From NCBI GenBank assembly GCA_951406725.2, contig OX597828.1, positions 35,154,001 to 35,218,000 of the forward strand: DNA of 64,000 nt, written 5' to 3'. A program made the translations under genes and the position numbers. Numbering within the stretch: position 1 is the first letter of the stretch; the number at the start of each line of letters is the position of its first letter. The notes under the pieces are model-generated. The model did no database searches, was not told the DNA's origin, and saw only the letters and a program-made list of their open reading frames with translations. Below, piece by piece: positions 55,371-64,000 of this stretch. Source of the DNA: Octopus vulgaris. Its lineage: Eukaryota.

Positions 55371-55748
55371 TGTGTGTGTCTGTGTGCATGTGTGTGTCTG
55401 TGCGTGTGTGTGTGTGTGTGTGCGCATGTGTGTATGTATGTGTGTGTGTGTGTGTGCATGAGTGTGTATGCACGCACAAGCATGTATGTATGTGTTTTAT
55501 AGATTGTAATGATGTGAGTGTCTACCTCACTGTACCAGCAATATAGGTTATTGGAATGCTTTCACAGTAGGTTAAATGTTCAAATGGTATTTCAGCTGCA
55601 ACAGGAGCCTGCATGATGTACACATGACACACACACACACACACACACACACATGCACATGTATGTATGTAGTAAACCTATAACGTATATGTATGTGTGT
55701 GCAACAAGTGCATGGAACATGTAGGGTTGAAGCAAATATTTTACACAC

Positions 55749-55795
<47 letters not shown>

Positions 55796-55922
55796 ATTTG
55801 ATTTTGCAAAACCAGAAATCAGAAAATAACTGGTGCCTAATGAGTTAATAAATGGACTGCCAAATTCTAGCTCAGTATATCTTGTCCATATCTGGCCACC
55901 ACCATCACCAATATCATATATA

Positions 55923-56545
<623 letters not shown>

Positions 56546-56574
56546 ATATGTGTGTATGTATGTATGTATATATG

Positions 56575-57125
56575 CTTGTGAAGACCTATTGAGACAAGTG
56601 AAAGCAAATCAAAATCGCTGATGTGGCCGATGACAGTACCACTTGATTGGCACTTGTGCCAATGGAACGTTAACAGCACGTCTGAGCATGATCATTGCCA
56701 GGGCCATGGATTGGCTCCCATGCACCATTCAAGCATGATTGTTGCCAGTGTCGCCTTACTGGCACACGTGCTGGTGGCATATGAAAAACAAAATTCGAGT
56801 GTGGTCATTGCCAGTGCTGCCGGACTAGCTCCCGTACAGGTAGCATGTAAAAAACACCTTTTGAGCATGGTCGTTGCCAGAACCACTTGGCTGGCCCTCA
56901 TGCCAGTGACATGTAGAAGCACCCACCACACTCTCAGAGTGGTTGGTGTTAGGAAGGGCATCCAGCTGTAGAAACTTTGCAAGATCAGATTGAGCCTGGT
57001 GCAGCCTCTAGCTCACCAGTCTTCAGTCAAACCGTCCAACCCATGCCAGCATGGAAAGCGAAGTTAAACAACGACGACAACAACGATGATGGTGATGATG
57101 ATGATGATGATGATGATGATGTTAA
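56575..57125 (+). mobile_element. SINE-like family D with internal ~60-bp tandem repeats and a (GAT)n tail
   Basis: Repeated TTGCCAG..CTGGC..GTGGCA..TAAAAA units, then GAGTGGTTGG.GTTAGGAAGGGCATCCA and CCAACCCATGCCAGCATGGAAA. Homologous 3' copy at 63165-63450. Confidence 0.8.
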
Positions 57126-57133
57126 TGATGATA

Positions 57134-57591
57134 CAAGTCATTGTCAACTTACGACCTATCTGACTTATGACCAATCAACTTTACAATGATTGGCACACCA
57201 GCTTGCAGTAGCAATAATAAATAGTCCAGTTGAAATTTAATGGGTTTAATTTCGTAGAAATTAACCCGTCTATGAGTGATGTCAACTAATAAATGGTTCT
57301 TCTAGGTTTGGTTATCAATTGCCATTGTGTTGGATGACAATCCTGTCATGGAGACATCGAGGCAACCTCGTATTTGTTTATAAGACGACTGCTTGAGATT
57401 CCAAGATTTTTGACTAACGCCAGTATGATAGTATAATACAGAATGTTGTGTGTGACTTTTACCTGAGAATGTACCATAAGAATGTAAAAATATAAAACAA
57501 AGCTATTTTGACCTGTAGGCTGACTTATGACCGAATCAACTTACGACCAGTCAGTCGGAACCAATTGTGGTCATAAGTTGACGACGATTTG
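57134..57591. mobile_element. Tigger/pogo-type MITE
   Basis: TA-CAAGTCATTGTCAACTTACGACC ... GGTCATAAGTTGACGACGATTTG-TA, with internal ACTTAYGACC subterminal repeats. Confidence 0.85.
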
Positions 57592-58083
57592 TATGTATGT
57601 ATGTATGCGATGATGATGAGGGCTGTCCACTCGAGACCGAGGAAGACCGCCAATGACCATTGTTGATGCAAAATACCAGCAATACCTGCACATGAGGTTA
57701 TTGCAGCAGCAGCAGTCAGTTTCACCCTTGTTTGTGTCCTCCATACCCTCCTACTTGACCAGGCAGACATTGGATGGTCACCTCACCAGTGATTGCTCAG
57801 CTGAAAATTCTAGGTCCAATAAGTCTGGCACAAGTATCTCACAGATCCTCTCCACATTACTGACATGATCCAGAGACAAGACAGAGCAAGATATTCATGG
57901 GTCACAGGCTCAGAAATGTAGCAGCACCTTGATCTCAGTTGCAAGGAAAAGATCCCCAAAATGTTCAATGCCACTCCCTGCATATCTGGTTTTTTATCAG
58001 CGTGTCCTTCTCCTAGAGGCATGCTTGAACAAAAGCTAAGGGGTGCCCCACACCTGGAGGCCTTCTAGCATCCAGACACCAAC

Positions 58084-58118
<35 letters not shown>

Positions 58119-58509
58119 TTAAGACAGCAAGCTGGTAGAAACATTAGCATGCCAGGTGAAATACTAAGTGGTATTTCGTCTGTCTTTACATTCTGAGTTC
58201 AAATTCTGCTAAGGTTGACTTTGCCTTTCATCCTTTCGGAGTTGATAAATTAAGTACCAGTTGCATACTGGGGTCAATCTAATCGACTGTCCCTCTCCCC
58301 AAAAGTTTTAGGCCTTGTGCCTAGAGTAGAAAAGAACATATATATATATATGTGTGTGTCCCCAAAGAGAGAGAGAGAGAGTGAGAGAGAGAGAGAATAG
58401 GAAAAGAAGAGAGAGAAAGAAATAGCAAATACAAATATTGCAAAAGGTCAAGGTATATGCCATTTTTTCTTAGTATGCTGGATTTTTCTCGCTCCCTATC
58501 ATGCTAAGT

Positions 58510-58715
58510 CAGTGGTTCTCAACCTTTTTCATACCCCGCACCCCTAAAAACTTTTAATATGTTCTCGCACCCCTTAAATTAATAATTTATACATGAATAA
58601 AGGTGTCCCGGGCAATTGCTCGCTTTGACCCCTTGTAAATCCAGACCTGCTCGCATCCACTGGAATGCTATCTTGCACCCCTAGGGTTGCGAGCAACCTT
58701 GGTTGGGAAACCCTG
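58510..58715. mobile_element. hAT-type MITE
   Basis: CAGTGGTTCTCAACC ... GGTTGGGAAACCCTG. The flanks TGCTAAGT and TGCTAAAG match at 6/8 positions. Confidence 0.8.
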
Positions 58716-60821
58716 TGCTAAAGGAATGTGAAAATAAAATGCAGTGGCAATCCTGAGACAGGTAAAAGAAAAAGGACAGAAGTATCATAAACAGAGGTGG
58801 ATGAGATAAGTAAATAGAGAAATGGAAGATTAGCAAAGAGAGAGTGAGAAGGGGAAATAGCCAACAATCACTCAGTAAGTAAGACAGGTAGTCAGGTGAG
58901 CAGACAGTGAAAAATAGGAAAGGATGAGAGAAAGAGAGACAATGACTGAGAGATAGCAAAAGTGTGAGAGGATAGATAGAGCTCTCCTCAGAAAAGAGGC
59001 AATTAGAGAGGAAACGTGATAAAATAAAAGGAGTATAGAGGGTGAAGAAATGCTTGGGACTGCAAAGGAGAGAGAGAGAGAAACAATTTGTGCATAATAC
59101 TGAATTTTCTGTGGTAGGAAAAGATGGAAGACAGAGACAAATTTTAAATGAGAAGGGAAAAAAAGGAAGGAAACTATTCACACACACACAAACATAAAGT
59201 GGAAGAGAAGAAATAACAAAGTATTCGGGTGAGTTAGTGAGAATAATGAAGGAGACCATGAAGGAGACCAAGGGAACGAGCATGTAAGAATATAAAGAAA
59301 GTGAAAAATGGGAAGATATTCTTAGTTACAAAGGAACTACTTTACTTTAAACTGCAAAAAAAGATGCAGATTATCACAAAAAGAAATCAATGCTCATTGT
59401 GAATGGGAAGGAGTAAGTGCTGCAAAATAATGACAGGTACAAAAAAAAAGAAACAGAAGCAATGCTGAATGCAAAAACGAGAAAAATAACTGAAAGAAGA
59501 TGTAATAAAACTCAGGAAGAAAATGGTGCAATGGTTGAAGTAGAAATATTATGAATTATTAAAAGGATACAGAAATAAAACCCCATCATCTATGATGTGT
59601 ACTACTAGTGTGCGATAAGTAGATCGACAGACTAACAGACAGACAAGATGAAACAAAGTAAAAAACGGTAACAATGGCTGAAATGGAAACATTCTGAATA
59701 ACTGAGCAGTGATAAAAATCATACAAAGTAATTTTTGATAGGGACTATGTTATTGTTTGTTTATGTGTGTGTGTGTGTGTGTGTGTGTGTTGTGTGAAAG
59801 GCAAAGATTATTATATGGATCTATGTATGTGTGTATAAATGTATATAAATGTATATAAGGACATCCGGTTTATAAGCAATGCTTCAAAAAGTCCCGTCCA
59901 GCTCATGCCTGCATGGAAAAGTGGATGAAAAAACAAAGCTTGTAATGATACATATGGGAGGGTGTATACATATATATATATATATATACACATAAGTTTG
60001 TATATATTTTGTGTGTGTATGTGTGTGTGTGGGGGGGGGGTGTAAATGTATATCCTTTTTGGTTGCTTCAATGTGGGACAATAAAAGAGAAAAGAAATGG
60101 ATAGGCAAATGAATGAAAGAAGAAAAAAAATGGAAAATAAACAACAGAAAACAAATAAAGAATTTTTTTGTTTTTGTTTTTTTTTTTTGAAAAAATCAAT
60201 AAAATTAACAACAACGAAACAAAAAACATCAATATATACATTGATATAATGATTGAGATCAATATTAAACCAATATAAAATCAATACGATCAGTATGATG
60301 AGAGGCTCTCTTGAGTTACTATGGAATGGTCTGGCATTGATGAAAAGAGCTCATGTACATATATGGGTGTGCGTGTGTGCGTGTGCGTGTGTGTGTGTAT
60401 TCTTTGATAAATTTGAGTACAGCTTCCTTTTTACCTCTTTGTGTTTTATTCTTTCTTTCTTTCCTTTTTCTTTCTTTCTTTCTTTCTTTCCTTTTTCTTT
60501 CTTTCTTTCTTTCTTTCCTTTTTCATTCTTTCTTTCTTTCTTACTTCCTTTATTTATTCTTGTTTCTCTTTCCTACATGTGCATGGTTGTGCATTTATGG
60601 GCTGTGTGTGCATATATGCGAGCATGTATGTCTGCGTGTGCACATATGTGTGTGTATGTGTATGCATACATATGTGTGTTTGTGTATATATATATATATA
60701 CACACACATACATAGAGAGAGAGAGAGAGAGACTGACACAAACACACATGTAGATATGTACATATACAGTTATATATACATATATATGTGTGTGTATATA
60801 TGCATACATACACACACACAC

Positions 60822-60856
<35 letters not shown>

Positions 60857-61049
60857 TACAAGCACACTCATGCGTGTGCATGTATGACTGGTTTTGCATA
60901 CACATAAAATGCACATGGCCATGTGTATACATGTGTATCTCTTATGAGCTCATGTACATGTATGCATATGTGTATGTATGTTTCACCACTGTATATTTTA
61001 CATGTATGCATGGAATACGCATACATGTATGTGCATGAGTATACATATC

Positions 61050-61093
<44 letters not shown>

Positions 61094-61109
61094 TGTATGT
61101 ATGTATGTA

Positions 61110-61156
<47 letters not shown>

Positions 61157-61807
61157 GTTTCTATGTGTGTGTATATATATATATATATATGAAATTTGAT
61201 AGTTGTTTAGTTGATTTAAGCCATTGTGCTATTGATCATGCTTCGTTATTGTCCTTAGGTGATTGGTGATAATTAGAATGAATGATGGTGGGGGTCGGCA
61301 TGATGGTAGTGTGTAACAATAATGACGATTGTAGTGATAATGATGATGATGATGAATATTGCAAGCAAAACGATAATTAACAGATTCCTTATGATTATAC
61401 TGATATTTAATTACTTAAAACTTAATGTCTCTCGCCAAATTACAATGATGCCAGTGTTTACACAGAACAAAGCATAGTTGAACCAAGTATATTACAGATA
61501 CTTATTTTATAAGATTTTTCACAATTGTAAGGGTACAGGCCTCAGAATATAACTGGTACCTAACTGGTACCTAATGAGCTAATTAGGGAATAATCACATT
61601 CTGATCATGTCCATCTTACTCATATCTGTGCTGGTCATCATCGAAATCCACAGATTTGACCCTTTTGTTTCAAACCAGCCATATCCAGCCCAAACTGACC
61701 AGATCTGGTTTCTCACACTTACCCTACACTACTATTCTCAAATCAAACAATCACATCATCAAAATCTCAAAGCTAAGAGATAATTCATGATTAATTTAAA
61801 ACGACAT

Positions 61808-62010
61808 GTCTGGCTGTGTGGTAAGAAGCTTGCTTACCAACCACATGGTTCTGGGTTCAGTCCCAACTTTGGGCCGACCAAAACTTTGTCAGTGGATTTG
61901 GTAGACGGAAATTGAAAGAAGCCTGTCGAAAATATGTGTGCATGTGTGTGTAAGTGTAGGTGTATGTATATGTATGTATATATATATGTATGTATGTATG
62001 TATATATATG

Positions 62011-62095
<85 letters not shown>

Positions 62096-62660
62096 GTATG
62101 CATATATATGTATATGTATGTATTTGTGTGTTTGTGTTTGTCTTTGTCACCCCACCATTGCTTGACAGCCAATGTTAGTATGTTAACATCCCCGTAACTT
62201 AGCAGCTCAGCAAGAGAGGCCAATAGAATAAGTACCAGGCTTACGAAGAATAAGCTACTTAGCAACTTCACTAATGCTGGTGCCACATAAAAGATACCCA
62301 GTACATTTTGTTAAGTGGTTGGCATTGCAATGAGCATCCAGCTTTGTGAATCATTTCAAAGCAGACATAGCAAACCCCAAGAGTTATTCTTTGTAAGCCT
62401 AATAATTATTCTGTTATGGGGATGCAAACACACCAACACCTGCCATCAAGTGATGGTGGGGATATGAACACAGACACACAAATACATATATATATATATA
62501 AATGTATTTCTTTCAGTTTCCATCTACCAAATTCACTCACAAGGCTTTGGTCGACCCAAAGCTATAGTAGAGGACACTTGTCCAGGGTACCATGCAGTGG
62601 GTCTGAACCCGGAACCATGTGGTTGGGAAGCAAATTTCTTATCACACAGCCACTCCTACA

Positions 62661-62710
<50 letters not shown>

Positions 62711-62980
62711 AGTAGATGTGGGTGTACTGTAAGAAGTTTACTTTCCATTCACATGGTTCCAGGTTCAGTCCCACTGTGTGGCACCCTGAGCAAATGTCTT
62801 CTTCTCTATAGCCTTAGACTGACTAGAGCTTTACAAGTGAATTCAGGAGACAGAAACTCAAAGAAGCCCATGGCATATATATGTATGTGTGTGTGTTTCT
62901 GGTTATGTTTGTCCCCCACTGCTACTTGGCAGCTGGTATTGGTTTGATTGCATCCCTTGTAACTTAGCAGTTTGCAAAAA
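61808..62980. mobile_element. Three alternating family A SINEs (61808-62255 +, 62375-62660 -, 62715-62980 +)
   Basis: Homology to the family, with many CpG to TpG/CpA changes. Confidence 0.8.
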
Positions 62981-63164
62981 CAGGTACTTATTTTATTGAT
63001 CCCAAAAGGATGATGGTAAAGTCAACCTCAGTGGGTTTTGAACTCAGAATATAAAGATACAGAAAATGCTGCTAAGCATTTTGCCCAGCGTGCTAACGAT
63101 TCTGCCAGCTCACTGCCTTCGCTAGCGTTTAATATTAATTAATCAAAGAATATAGTACAATGAA

Positions 63165-63450
63165 GATTTGCCAGTGCTACTGGACTGGTTCCTGTGCAGG
63201 TGGCACGTAAAAAACACCATTTGAGCGTGGCCGTTGCCAATACCACCTGACTGGCCCTTGTGCCGGTAAAAGCATCTACTACACTCTCAGAGTGGTTGGC
63301 ATTAGGAAGGGCATCCAACTGTAGAAACTCTACGAGATCAGATTGGAGCCTGGTGCAGCTATCTGGTTTGCCAGTCCTCAGTCAAATCATCCAACCCATG
63401 TTAGCATGGAAAACAGACGTTAAACGATGACGATGATGATGATGATGATT
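63165..63450 (+). mobile_element. 5'-truncated family D element
   Basis: Homologous to 56800-57125. Confidence 0.8.
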
Positions 63451-64000
63451 TAACGGTTTCAAATTTTGCTACAAGGGCAGCCATTTTAGGAGAGGGGATG
63501 AATCGATTACATCAACTCCAGTGTTTCACTGGTACTTAATTTATCGACCCCACGAAGATGAAAAGCGAAGTTGACCTCGGCAGAATTTGAACACAGAACA
63601 CGAAGACAGATGAAAATACCACTAAGTATTTCGCCCAGTGTGCTAATGATTCTGCCACCTCACCAGCTTCACAAAGTTTAAAATTAATTAATCAAATAAC
63701 ACAGTACAATATCTAATAATTATAAATTTAATTACTTTATCACTAGAATTGTTGTTTTCTTTCAAAATACAACAGTATCATTTGTTTGATTTTTTTTTTA
63801 TTTTATTAGCACAGAATTTCTGTTGAAAACTGTTGCTAAAACCATAACTTATGGTAAAGTATAGATATCAAAGTGTAACCATTACTAAATTTCAAACACC
63901 ATCAAACACCATTATTCTTTTTTTTAATCATTTATATTTAATTAATTAATTTATTTATTTAGATTTGTTGGCATAGAATTTCTGTTGAAAGCTGCTATTT

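Noticed and set aside
56630-56930. Regularly spaced palindromic repeats resembling a CRISPR array
   Set aside because: The whole unit repeats with no unique spacers, there are no cas genes, and the context is a eukaryotic SINE.
57610-58075. Complex sequence that may be an RTE 3' end on the minus strand
   Set aside because: I could not recover convincing protein motifs, so it is left unassigned.

Overview
Eukaryotic (animal) DNA, AT-rich and saturated with microsatellites. The tRNA-derived SINE families resemble those I associate with octopus genomes (inference; no database search was possible). I see no intact protein-coding gene. Almost every ORF in the track is a microsatellite or SINE read-through artefact. 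The window is a layered record of mobile elements: (1) roughly 40 copies or fragments of at least four modular SINE families; (2) decayed DNA transposons (two mariners, a maT/Tc1-like element, and Tigger-, hAT- and piggyBac-type MITEs); (3) LINE relics (CRE-type endonuclease, L1/Tx1 RT, RTE). The most interesting signal is five short microsatellite-embedded elements, from three unrelated families, carrying type I hammerhead ribozyme cores of the Penelope-like (PLE) kind. One has a canonical core inside a 131-bp near-perfect inverted repeat (56065-56387). Three are homologous (CA)n/(TA)n-flanked copies. One sits downstream of a tRNA-like Pol III head (about 10757-11115). Other observations: a 329-bp-period duplication that translates to decayed cadherin-like repeats (about 45.9-46.5 kb), a shift to CpG-depleted repeats right of about 47 kb, and (TA)n-centred fold-back inverted duplications. 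Boundaries of degenerate repeats are approximate.
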